Positions 8,183 to 16,137 of a DNA stretch of 32,000 nucleotides are shown here, piece by piece (within the stretch, counting starts at the first letter, position 1; each line of letters starts with the position of its first letter). This stretch comes from Pyrolobus fumarii 1A (GTDB taxonomy: Archaea; Thermoproteota; Thermoprotei_A; Sulfolobales; Pyrodictiaceae). The position numbers and the translations under genes were made by a program. A model generated the notes under the pieces. It ran no database searches and was not told where the DNA came from. It saw only the letters and a list, made by a program, of their open reading frames with translations. The stretch is taken from positions 1,140,001-1,172,000 of the forward strand of contig NC_015931.1 of NCBI RefSeq assembly GCF_000223395.1, read 5' to 3'.

Positions 8183-8758
8183 GTGCTTGCCGAGCATCTA
8201 GACCGGCCTCTGCCCAAGCCGCGGCGCGACCCCGTGGGCTACGCCGCTGCTCGTGCGCTAGAGGCTCTGCTGGAAGCTGTGCTGGCTCTCGTGTTCCTCG
8301 AGAAGGGCTTCACCCGGAATGCTGCCGGGAAGGCGTTCCAAGCCTGGAAGGCGCTGACGGCAGCACTCCTGGCCCTAGAGAGGGATAGGATAGCTGAGGG
8401 GCTGAGGGACGAGGAGCAGAGGAGATGGCTACTCGAGAGGGGTATACCCAGAGTCCCTAGTAGCAGGCTTAAGCATCTAAGCCAGCTCCTAGAGAAGGCG
8501 GGAATCAACTACTACAGCTTCATCACCGATAAGGCCCTGAGCCTCCACGACTACCAGTACCACAGCCCAGACCCGGACCTCGAGCTTAGCAAGTACCGGA
8601 GCCGAAGCGAAGCGGTATACGATATCGTGGCTCTACTGGCGGAGCTAGCCAGGATAACCGAGGAGCTAGTGAAACCGAGGCTACGGGAAGCGAACAAGTG
8701 GGACAAGAGCCACGAGGAGGCCCTACAAGAGCTACGAGAGAAGCTAGCCAGCCGCTAG
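8183..8758 (+). CDS. Long PaREP1-like family protein, copy 1 (function unknown).
   Basis: One of four ~190-aa paralogs sharing the invariant TRNAAGKAFQAW and (H/Y)(D/E)YQYH(G/S)PDPD blocks. The helix pattern FLEKG.TRNAAGKAFQAWKAL...LSLHDYQYH parallels the EKAWGAAALAVKA...MHTCFYEG core of the classical PaREP1 gene at 15625..16137. Confidence 0.75.
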   Translation: MLAEHLDRPLPKPRRDPVGYAAARALEALLEAVLALVFLEKGFTRNAAGKAFQAWKALTAALLALERDRIAEGLRDEEQRRWLLERGIPRVPSSRLKHLSQLLEKAGINYYSFITDKALSLHDYQYHSPDPDLELSKYRSRSEAVYDIVALLAELARITEELVKPRLREANKWDKSHEEALQELREKLASR

Positions 8759-8908
8759 CAGCCACACAACCCACCCTGCGAACCCCTCCCGGCGAACACC
8801 AAGCACCCACACCAAGCCACACCGGCCGACACGGCACACACGCCGGGAGAAGCCAGACAGAACCCACACCGGGGCCCCTCCCCCTCGCCCGCGTGCCCAC
8901 TGAACGAG

Positions 8909-10066
8909 TTACACCGAGCCAATCGGAGCTATCTGGGCGACGTAGGCCCTCACAGCCCACGATGAGAGACTCTTGGGACCCAACAGCTTCTCAGTCACAC
9001 CGAGCAGCTCTTGCAGCGCTTGTATCGTGTAGGTGTGGCCTAGCGCGGTCTCGAGCCTCGCCCTTGGAGCCACGAACGTCAGCTGAGGAGCCAAGAGACT
9101 AGCCACGATAACATCCGCTAGCAGCTCGTGGGGCACCGCGAGATTAGCGGCTAACAGCCTACAAGCGTCCACGTATAGCGCGGGGCCGACCAGCAACCCT
9201 AGCCTCTCGAAGTGTCTCGACACCTCCTCTACGATAGCCCAGAGTCTGCTCGGAGCGGTCAAGTGCGGGGCTATCCTCTCCGTGTCAAGTGGTGCTAGTG
9301 GCGCCTCGAACCTGGCTACGACGTTCCTCGGTAGAAGGCTCCAGGGTTCTCTACGCACGGCCTTCGGTAGATCAGCTAGCGTGGATCTCACACTCTCGGC
9401 GCATATGTCTGTACGTCCCGGCCTGGCGGGTTCCAGGTCCTCCGGGACCTCGACAATGTGCCCTAGACTCGTTACGGGTAGCAGAGGTGCCCTACGGGCA
9501 AACGCATACCCTATCCTGTAGAGGTGCCCCATATCGAGAAGGTTCATTGTCGCTATCATTCTCCAAGCGAGGGGCATCGGCAGGCCTCTCCTAGACGCGT
9601 ACTCGGCTAGCTTCTCGGCCACCGGGTTCAAAGAGCCGCATTCCTCCCTAACGCTCTCCCGCAGAACCCTGGCTAGCTCCTCGCTAGGCCTGAGAAGCGT
9701 GAAGCGAACCCTATGGTCAACATCGAGAAGCGTGAATACCTCGCCAAGCACGACCTCGACTCTGGCCCGGTTAACCTCGTCAAAGATAAACCAAACGGGT
9801 GTCTTCCCGCATGTGTACCTGGCCCACGTGCGTATCACAGAGCGTGCCAGGGCACCCTCCTCTACATCCATGAGGTCGCTGTAGTTGAGATCCTCGCGGC
9901 CAGTCACAAACTCGTAGTCATAGCCACGCTCTTCTGCCAGGAGCACAGCTAACCGGGTCTTCCCGGAGCCTGGCGGGCCAACCAAGCAGAGCGACTTGTC
10001 AGCCCTCAAGAGATACTCGGCAGCCTCGCGGGTCGTCACCTGGTAGGCTCGCACCTTGCTATGCAC
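8909..10066 (-). CDS. mcrB: McrB-like AAA_5 NTPase lacking an N-terminal DNA-reading domain.
   Basis: Walker A LVGPPGSGKT lies at residues 28-37. FIFDEVNRARVEVVLGEVFTLLDVDHR matches the McrB-family DEiNRan...fGE...llE..R signature, and MIATMNLLDMGHLYRIGYAFARRA matches the GTMNtaD...D.AlRRRF segment. A further ~170 aa of unknown C-terminal extension follows. Confidence 0.7.
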   Translation of the reverse strand: MHSKVRAYQVTTREAAEYLLRADKSLCLVGPPGSGKTRLAVLLAEERGYDYEFVTGREDLNYSDLMDVEEGALARSVIRTWARYTCGKTPVWFIFDEVNRARVEVVLGEVFTLLDVDHRVRFTLLRPSEELARVLRESVREECGSLNPVAEKLAEYASRRGLPMPLAWRMIATMNLLDMGHLYRIGYAFARRAPLLPVTSLGHIVEVPEDLEPARPGRTDICAESVRSTLADLPKAVRREPWSLLPRNVVARFEAPLAPLDTERIAPHLTAPSRLWAIVEEVSRHFERLGLLVGPALYVDACRLLAANLAVPHELLADVIVASLLAPQLTFVAPRARLETALGHTYTIQALQELLGVTEKLLGPKSLSSWAVRAYVAQIAPIGSV

Positions 10067-10977
10067 GCTTCCACCTCCTCATCTATCTCGTTAGGCGCGA
10101 CGCCTAGCACCCTGACATCAAGGGTATAGAGGCTAGGATCTAGTAGCTCTGCGGTCATTCCAATCCTCTTAGCAGCCTCACGTAGAGCGTTCAGCGCCGA
10201 TTGTGTAGACCTGACCTGCTCGACCGCACGGCACAATAGCCGTAGCTCGGCTGTGAGCAGCTCCGCGACACGCCCTCGGGGATCACCAGTCTTCACGGGT
10301 ATCAGTGGCGCAAGCTTGCCAGCGATACGTGAGCCACGCAAGTGTTCCTGCATGTACCGGAGGGTGCCCGCCGTGCAGACATCGGCGCTAACGGTGCTAG
10401 CTATGCCGACGGCTATCGCTAGGAGGTGATACGCGGGAGTCACGCGTAGAAGCGTACCCAGCAGGAAGATGATAGACCCCACGGTGACGGCATCCAACTG
10501 CATACCATACGCTCTGACCACACTAGCGATGCTCTCGGCGAGCTCGGTTAGTAGAGCCTTGTTGTTCTTCTCCCACTCGCTACAAGCCTCATCGTCATTC
10601 TCCAGGCGAATGACATAGCCTCTACGAAGGTCGTTCACCATCGGTGGGTATACACGGATAGACCTACGCAACTTATCATCGAGATCCTCGCAGCTCAGCT
10701 CAACTATGAAACGTGCGGATTTGCCAAGCTTGGTGCTCAGCTCGCCCTTCAGCATCAGAAGCAATAGGGACTCTACAGCATCCCTCCCCCACGTTCCAGC
10801 CTTCAAGGCACCCTCAACGAGACTAGCATAACGCTCACAGCCGGAGGGCACTGCAAGAACCTCAATACCAGTAGCGTGTATCGTGAAGCCACCTAGAAGG
10901 GCTAGCGTAGTGTCCACATTCGTACGCAAATATGGCGCATCGAGTGTCTGGAAGAAGTATGGGTTGTAGCGTGCCAC
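10036..10977 (-). CDS. Hypothetical 313-aa protein, translationally coupled upstream of the McrB-like gene.
   Basis: Long open frame with a GTG start at 10977. Its 3' end overlaps the McrB-like start by 31 nt. I recognise no motif. There is a hydrophobic stretch LDAVTVGSIIFLLGTLLRVTPAYHLLAIAVGIASTV in the middle. Confidence 0.6.
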   Translation of the reverse strand: MARYNPYFFQTLDAPYLRTNVDTTLALLGGFTIHATGIEVLAVPSGCERYASLVEGALKAGTWGRDAVESLLLLMLKGELSTKLGKSARFIVELSCEDLDDKLRRSIRVYPPMVNDLRRGYVIRLENDDEACSEWEKNNKALLTELAESIASVVRAYGMQLDAVTVGSIIFLLGTLLRVTPAYHLLAIAVGIASTVSADVCTAGTLRYMQEHLRGSRIAGKLAPLIPVKTGDPRGRVAELLTAELRLLCRAVEQVRSTQSALNALREAAKRIGMTAELLDPSLYTLDVRVLGVAPNEIDEEVEACIARCEPTR

Positions 10978-11016
10978 TCCCTACATTCCCGGAGGGTATT
11001 ACGCGCATATAGGGAG
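10977..11016. promoter_or_regulatory. Compact bidirectional promoter/operator candidate between the 313-aa/McrB-like operon and the McrC-like gene.
   Basis: Only 49 nt separate the two start codons (10977 and 11027). The 7-nt inverted repeat CTCCCTA (10977-10983) / TAGGGAG (11010-11016) encloses two A/T patches, TATTA (~10997-11001) and ATATA (~11007-11011). Each patch lies ~25-32 nt from one start, as expected for leaderless archaeal genes. Confidence 0.35.
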
Positions 11017-11026
11017 GCTTAGAAGA

Positions 11027-12181
11027 ATGTACCCTGTTTTGACATTGGAGGAGGCACGCTGGTACAGCATCGAAAGGTTGTCGAGAGAAACGGGCCTCGG
11101 CATAGACGCGCTCCGTGATCTGCTAGGCCGGTTGGCTCTGCTCGAGGAGAGAGCCGTAAACGCGCTAGCCGAGACGGGGGTCAACGTCGACGAGGTAAAC
11201 CCGGTTGTGTTGAAGAACGACACCGTATACAGTGGCGACTGGGTAGGCGTCGCGACGTTCACCTTCAAGGGCTCGCTGTACACTATAGTCGTGAGGCCGA
11301 AGATCAGCTGGTTCGACGATATGGTGCAAAAGGCTCTAGGGGTATTGGCGCGCCTAGGCGCTGGGAGCGTCTACGCCAAGCTCGAAGCGGCGATAGCCTC
11401 TGCAGGCGCGATTAGGCTGCCAGGTGCGCTCCTAGCGTCAATGTTCATAGAGGAGTGGGCCAGGAGCCACCCAATAACACCGAGGAACCTCGCAACACTA
11501 GCATACATGACCTATGCGGCAACCGCATCAGTAACCAAGATGCTCGCCAAGCTGCAAGTGCCGATGGCCGTGAGAATACCGGCTTCAGCGCCGCTACTAG
11601 CTCTAGCTTCAAACCCACTGGTAGCACAGTCCCTCCATACGATGCCAACAGAAGAGCCACACTACGAGCCTGTAGAGGAGGCAGCCCTCCTAGCCCGAGC
11701 CTCGACAGTACAACTAGGAAGCCTAGCATATAACCTCACGATGCTCCTGCCAGCACCCAAGCTGTTCGAACTTGCAGTCCTCGCGGAGATCCTCGACGTG
11801 ATGCACAGGGAGAGAGGATGCAAAACCGTGAAAATCGAGGACTGGACCCTGATACTCGACTGCAGGGACACAGAGGCGAGGATATACTACAACAAGTCGC
11901 CACGCTCAAGGCTCATCGAGAGGCTAGTCGGCACGAGACTCAAGCCAGACACAGTCATAGAAACAGACGACGAGCTGCTAATCGTGGAGGCGAAATACAG
12001 GAGGTGTGACTCGCACCTAGGCATAGGCGATGCAGTTAGGATAGCCGCCTACATGTACGACCTGGATCCCAACACTCTAATCATAGTCTACCCGGAGTGT
12101 GTCAAGACCAGACATGTGAATGAAAAGGTCGTTATAGTACCGTTCAACGAGCTAAAAGAAAGACTCGAGCAATTATTGTAG
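11027..12181 (+). CDS. mcrC: McrC-like PD-(D/E)xK nuclease subunit.
   Basis: The N-terminal GDWVGVATFTFKGSLYTIVVRPKI matches the McrC nYVGvi...g..i.I.PKi signature. The C-terminal LKPDTVIETDDELLIVEAKYRR...DAVRIAAYMY matches the PD...(D/E)xK core and the following Q/aY helix of McrC-type nucleases. Confidence 0.7.
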   Translation: MYPVLTLEEARWYSIERLSRETGLGIDALRDLLGRLALLEERAVNALAETGVNVDEVNPVVLKNDTVYSGDWVGVATFTFKGSLYTIVVRPKISWFDDMVQKALGVLARLGAGSVYAKLEAAIASAGAIRLPGALLASMFIEEWARSHPITPRNLATLAYMTYAATASVTKMLAKLQVPMAVRIPASAPLLALASNPLVAQSLHTMPTEEPHYEPVEEAALLARASTVQLGSLAYNLTMLLPAPKLFELAVLAEILDVMHRERGCKTVKIEDWTLILDCRDTEARIYYNKSPRSRLIERLVGTRLKPDTVIETDDELLIVEAKYRRCDSHLGIGDAVRIAAYMYDLDPNTLIIVYPECVKTRHVNEKVVIVPFNELKERLEQLL

Positions 12182-12353
12182 CGTTCTACTTTAACTTGAC
12201 TACACGTAATCAGTTCTAGACAATCACATTATAGGTATGAAACCATGTAATGGTATAGTTTTGTTCGGCATAATTGTCTGTTTTTGTCGCATTTAGCAAC
12301 AAGTATGTTGGTGCTATTACTGTTACTATACCATGTCGTATGCAATAGTACTG

Positions 12354-12361
12354 TTTTTATA
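12354..12361 (+). promoter_or_regulatory. TATA-box-like element upstream of the TIM-barrel gene.
   Basis: TTTTTATA lies 33-40 nt upstream of the TTG at 12394, inside a 212-nt AT-rich spacer. Confidence 0.35.
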
Positions 12362-12393
12362 GGCGGCAAGACCCTTAATGTTCGGGTACAGTT

Positions 12394-13545
12394 TTGGCGT
12401 TACAGAGAGATGTGAATGCAGTACTTGTTGTACCGTCCTTCTACCATAACGTTGTTTCTATGGACTTGGGGTCTGTTCTCGAGGCTCAATATGGTGTCCG
12501 GATTGCCGGTGTATTTCTACCCGCCCAGATTTGTAGACAGGATAGAGGCAGTTATGTGTGCGATTTTGAGAGGACCGAGCTAGAAGGTAGCATACTGTAC
12601 ACGAATGTGAAGAATCAGCTCGTTAAGTTGCAGAGGGTTTCCGGTGTTCTTGAGCAGCTCGGGTATAGGATCTCCACGGTGGTTGTTCATACGGAGCTTA
12701 GGATGCCTCTATGGAGTGAAGGGTGGTTCCGGAAGCTCTATGCTAGGCTGTTATCCGTGTTGCCCAGTCTCTTGGAGGAGGCGGGCATAGACGCCAAGCA
12801 TGTCGTTGTTGAGATGCATCCTGGTTTTAACGAGCCGCAGTGCTATAGCCGTGTGCAGCTGGACCGCTCGTGTGTTGATGTTGGGCGTCACGCCGGTATG
12901 ATTGTGGACGCGATTGGAGATTTGCTAGAATCGTGCCCCAGTGGCGTCGAGTGCATGTTTACCATCGAGAATAGGTCTGGTTCGCCTACACAGGTTAGGC
13001 GTTATGGTAACATTGTCGAGATATCTGGGTTCACTTCGCGTAGACCCCAGGCACTTGCAAGTTTCTATGACGTCCTTGAGGAGATCAGGATAGTGAGCCG
13101 TGCAGCGAAGGAGACGCTGGGAGGAGTACCCGTCGGAGCTACACTGGATATACCCCAACACCTTAGGGGGCTCTACCGCCAATTACCCAAAGAGCAGAAG
13201 GGTATACTCGGCGTGGCAAAGGAGGAGCTGGACAGGCTGCTAGAGAAGCTTGCTAGCACAGCCCGCGAGCTGGGAATGCCGGTGCTACGGTCTCTGCATA
13301 TCCACTGGTTCGGGTCTAGAAGTAATGGTGTCCCTGAAACTCATGCAGCGTTGACCAATGAAGTGTTCAGAGAGATCTATGTGAAACTATCGAATTGGCT
13401 TAGAGTAGAGACACCAAGAGTCGTGCAAAAACCATTGCTTATGGTCCCTGAGGCTCTGCCGGGAAGAGGAGGGAAGAATCAAGAGATAATCGATACGATG
13501 ATTTACACTGCAAAACTAGTTAGTACCATCAACGAGGGTCGATAA
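12394..13545 (+). CDS. Divergent xylose-isomerase-like / AP-endonuclease-2 (EndoIV/UvdE-like) TIM-barrel protein (tentative).
   Basis: An ordered ladder of candidate metal-ligand motifs is present: VVHTE, VVEMHPGF, MFTIENRSG, ATLDIPQH, SLHIHWFGSRSNGVPETH. It resembles the HPG / lEN / D..H / H.H order of EndoIV and UvdE. The gene has lower GC than its neighbours and sits behind an AT-rich spacer with a TATA-like box. Confidence 0.4.
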   Translation: MALQRDVNAVLVVPSFYHNVVSMDLGSVLEAQYGVRIAGVFLPAQICRQDRGSYVCDFERTELEGSILYTNVKNQLVKLQRVSGVLEQLGYRISTVVVHTELRMPLWSEGWFRKLYARLLSVLPSLLEEAGIDAKHVVVEMHPGFNEPQCYSRVQLDRSCVDVGRHAGMIVDAIGDLLESCPSGVECMFTIENRSGSPTQVRRYGNIVEISGFTSRRPQALASFYDVLEEIRIVSRAAKETLGGVPVGATLDIPQHLRGLYRQLPKEQKGILGVAKEELDRLLEKLASTARELGMPVLRSLHIHWFGSRSNGVPETHAALTNEVFREIYVKLSNWLRVETPRVVQKPLLMVPEALPGRGGKNQEIIDTMIYTAKLVSTINEGR

Positions 13546-13588
13546 GAGAAGTTGAACGATTCACCTAGCAGTCAAGATGGACCCATGG

Positions 13589-14164
13589 CTACAATCCTAG
13601 CTTCTTTCTAACCTTTTCTAGAGTCTCTCTGAGCCGTGTGAATGCGCTCTCTACTTCACTGTCCCAGGGTATCTTGCCTCTCATTGCCTCTATGTTCTCG
13701 ATGAGCCTCTCGATCAGCATTATTGTGTCTTGTGCTGCTTCGCGCCTATCCCGGTATCTTGAGAGGGCCATGTCAGGATCGGGGCCGTGGTACTGGTAGT
13801 CGTGTAGGTCGAGGGCTAGACTCGTCCAGGCTGTTATATCGCGGTATCCGAGCCTCTCGAGAAGCTGGGATAGTGGCTTTAACCTAGTTGTTGGTAGCTT
13901 CGGTACACCCCGCTTCACGATCCACTCTCTCTCAGCCTTGCTCTCCACCACCTCGAGGAGCCTGTCTAGCTCGACTCGAAGGATTGCCGCGAGAAGAGCC
14001 CTCCAAGCCTGGAACGCTTTCCCTGCTGCGTTCCTCGTGAGGCCCTTCTCGAGGAAGTGGAGCGCGAGAAGGGCCTCTACCAGAGCCTCGAGTGTACGTG
14101 CAGATGCGTATTCCTTGCTACTCGGCCTGGATAGGGGCTTCTCAAGGGCCTCGTACACTTTCAA
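13589..14164 (-). CDS. Long PaREP1-like family protein, copy 2.
   Basis: KPLSRPSSKEYASARTLEALVEALLALHFLEKGLTRNAAGKAFQAWRALLAAIL...LDLHDYQYHGPDPDMALSRYRDRREAA aligns end to end with copies 1, 3 and 4. Confidence 0.75.
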   Translation of the reverse strand: MKVYEALEKPLSRPSSKEYASARTLEALVEALLALHFLEKGLTRNAAGKAFQAWRALLAAILRVELDRLLEVVESKAEREWIVKRGVPKLPTTRLKPLSQLLERLGYRDITAWTSLALDLHDYQYHGPDPDMALSRYRDRREAAQDTIMLIERLIENIEAMRGKIPWDSEVESAFTRLRETLEKVRKKLGL

Positions 14165-14361
14165 CCACCGTCTATCGAGCTACCCGTGTATACCCGTATG
14201 GGACGATAACCACCTCCTCTTTTCGATAAACTCCCGCTAGCGGAGCCCCGAATCGACACTGTGCATCGTGTAGCGCTTGCACTAGGGCTGGCCGTTATCG
14301 TCCGATACTCCATGTACCTAGGGTAGCACCACACCTGGTCTAGGCGGCTCTATACCAGGGT

Positions 14362-15396
14362 ATGTGTAAATACTCGCGTCGCACATGCATAGTAGTGTGT
14401 AGAGCGGGGAGTATGAAGAGGCTTGGGTATATACTGGGTTTATCGCTGATACTAGTGTCCGCGGCTGTATTGTCGCTTTACGTGACAAGCCCGAGTAGAG
14501 AAGGCGCCGTCAACAACGCTGGGCATGGTGATGCGCGGGCTGCGGTGGTGCTTGATCTGTCTCTCGTCGGGTCTAGCGGGGCACGTGTATCCAGGCCCAT
14601 CAGGTACTTCAGGCTTAGCAACGGGACGACTATAGTAGTGGAGGATCGTAATCCGTTTCCCTTCGAGATACGCCTCGAGCCTAGCGTTGCTGGTATGGAG
14701 GTTCCCGGGAGGCTAACGGTTTACAGGGTGGAGGCTTACAGGGGCGCCGACGAGGTGCTCGAGCTCCTCGAGAAGATAGGTGTAGAGGCGAAAGGCGTCA
14801 GGTACGACAATGCTACGAAGACGTTCATATACTCGGATGAAAGAGTGTACGTCGAGTATGAGACGGAGACGGGCTTCATGAGGATTGTGTTCCGTGAGCC
14901 TCTCGACCGGGAGGCTGTGGATAGTATCCTGGAGGTGCTCGGGTACAGGGAGGGTGAATGCGGTAAGCGCGTGGTAACGACGGTTGATGTTAACGGCACG
15001 CCCCTGGAGAAGGGAGTTGTGTACTACAGGATGTTCGACGGCCTACCGTCTAATATTGCTGTGCTCGTACGCTATCGTGGCGATAGGGTTGTGGCCGTTG
15101 AGGGTGTCGTGCCCAAGTCCCTGGTTGCAGTCGGGAGTTACCAGGTGACTCCGGTGGATGAGCTGCCGCGTCTCCTGGCTGAGCGTGTATCCGGCAAGGT
15201 AGATGCCCGCGACTGGATGCTCGATAACGTCGCGTTCACGAACCTCACAATCACAAAGATCCAGCTGGTATACAGGCTGACACCGAAGGGCTACATAGTG
15301 CCGGTTTACGTGCTCGAGGGCCACTACGAGCTGAGGTATGATGGTATCAACGAGGAGGGTACCGTTAAAGGAGCAATAGTCGCAGTAAAACCCTAG
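14362..15396 (+). CDS. Secreted or membrane-anchored hypothetical protein.
   Basis: An internal ATG at 14413 gives MKRLGYILGLSLILVSAAVLSLYV (signal/anchor), followed by ~310 aa of beta-rich sequence with several N-x-T sequons. I recognise no family. Confidence 0.6.
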   Translation: MCKYSRRTCIVVCRAGSMKRLGYILGLSLILVSAAVLSLYVTSPSREGAVNNAGHGDARAAVVLDLSLVGSSGARVSRPIRYFRLSNGTTIVVEDRNPFPFEIRLEPSVAGMEVPGRLTVYRVEAYRGADEVLELLEKIGVEAKGVRYDNATKTFIYSDERVYVEYETETGFMRIVFREPLDREAVDSILEVLGYREGECGKRVVTTVDVNGTPLEKGVVYYRMFDGLPSNIAVLVRYRGDRVVAVEGVVPKSLVAVGSYQVTPVDELPRLLAERVSGKVDARDWMLDNVAFTNLTITKIQLVYRLTPKGYIVPVYVLEGHYELRYDGINEEGTVKGAIVAVKP

Positions 15397-15481
15397 AGTT
15401 AGGACGCGACGGGCGAATGGAAGCACCCCACTATTTTAAACGCGTTTTCCCTCTAGCCCGGCCGGTCTCCCTCTAGGGCCC

Positions 15482-15519
15482 CTGGACACTCCCCACAATC
15501 CCGTGGGGCGCAAGTCCAG
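15482..15519. other. Nested GC-rich hairpin in the convergent intergenic region (possible terminator or small-RNA element).
   Basis: CTGGAC(15482-87) act CCCCAC(15491-96) aatccc GTGGGG(15503-08) cgcaa GTCCAG(15514-19) gives 12 Watson-Crick pairs in two stacked stems. It lies between the 3' ends of 14362..15396 (+) and 15625..16137 (-). Confidence 0.35.
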
Positions 15520-15624
15520 CCGACGCGAGCTTAGCATGCCGTGTCCCCGGTTCTCAGGGGCGTCGGTCGTCATCCGGTGTACCTGGGCTGTGATGGTAGG
15601 ATGGGATCGCTAGAGGCTAGTGGC

Positions 15625-16137
15625 CTATCCTGAGCATATTCTCCTCTCTATCTCGCTCACTAGCCTCTCTATCTTCTCAAGAGCTTTCTCCACATCTTCT
15701 CGGCTACACCATCCCTCGTAGAAGCACGTGTGCATCCCGTTTGCATACATCCATGCATCCCTAACCCAGTCTCCGAGCTCCCTAGTCACATGTCTCATGT
15801 ACTCCCATAGCTCGCCGTGGCTAGCCAGCCTCCTCCCATCCCTCCACGCCGCGTAGGCCTTGACAGCCAGCGCAGCAGCCCCCCACGCCTTCTCAGCAGC
15901 CTGCCTCACGTTACCCCTAGTCAGCTCTTCCCTCGCCTGCTCGAGGAGGCTTTTGGACGCCTCGATGTACTCCCGTGCTCTCTCGGGCGGGTCAAGATCA
16001 CGCAATACAAGCTCCACGAGATACTCTTCGGGGCTTAGGCCGAGCTTCTCAGCCTCCTCCCTCAGCCTCCTGACAACGCTAGCCGGCACGACAATAGTCT
16101 CTAGTGCCATCCAGACACCCATCACAACGTCTACCAT
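15625..16137 (-). CDS. Classical PaREP1-family protein with an N-terminal RHH-like segment.
   Basis: IVVPASVVRRLREEAEKLGLSPEEYLVELVLRDLDP precedes RAREYIEASKSLLEQAREELTRGNVRQAAEKAWGAAALAVKAYAAWRDGRRLASHGELWEY...ANGMHTCFYEGW. This matches the PaREP1/PaREP8 (PF05942) pattern as I remember it. The start could be ATG 16137, 16122 or 16110. Confidence 0.7.
   Translation of the reverse strand: MVDVVMGVWMALETIVVPASVVRRLREEAEKLGLSPEEYLVELVLRDLDPPERAREYIEASKSLLEQAREELTRGNVRQAAEKAWGAAALAVKAYAAWRDGRRLASHGELWEYMRHVTRELGDWVRDAWMYANGMHTCFYEGWCSREDVEKALEKIERLVSEIERRICSG

Noticed and set aside
8586-9102. Track ORFs 8586..8960 (-) and 8698..9102 (+) in the C/A-rich spacer and across the McrB-like 3' end.
   Set aside because: Their translations are low-complexity P/R/G/S-rich. 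They overlap each other and better-supported genes, which is typical of open frames in GC-rich, skewed sequence.
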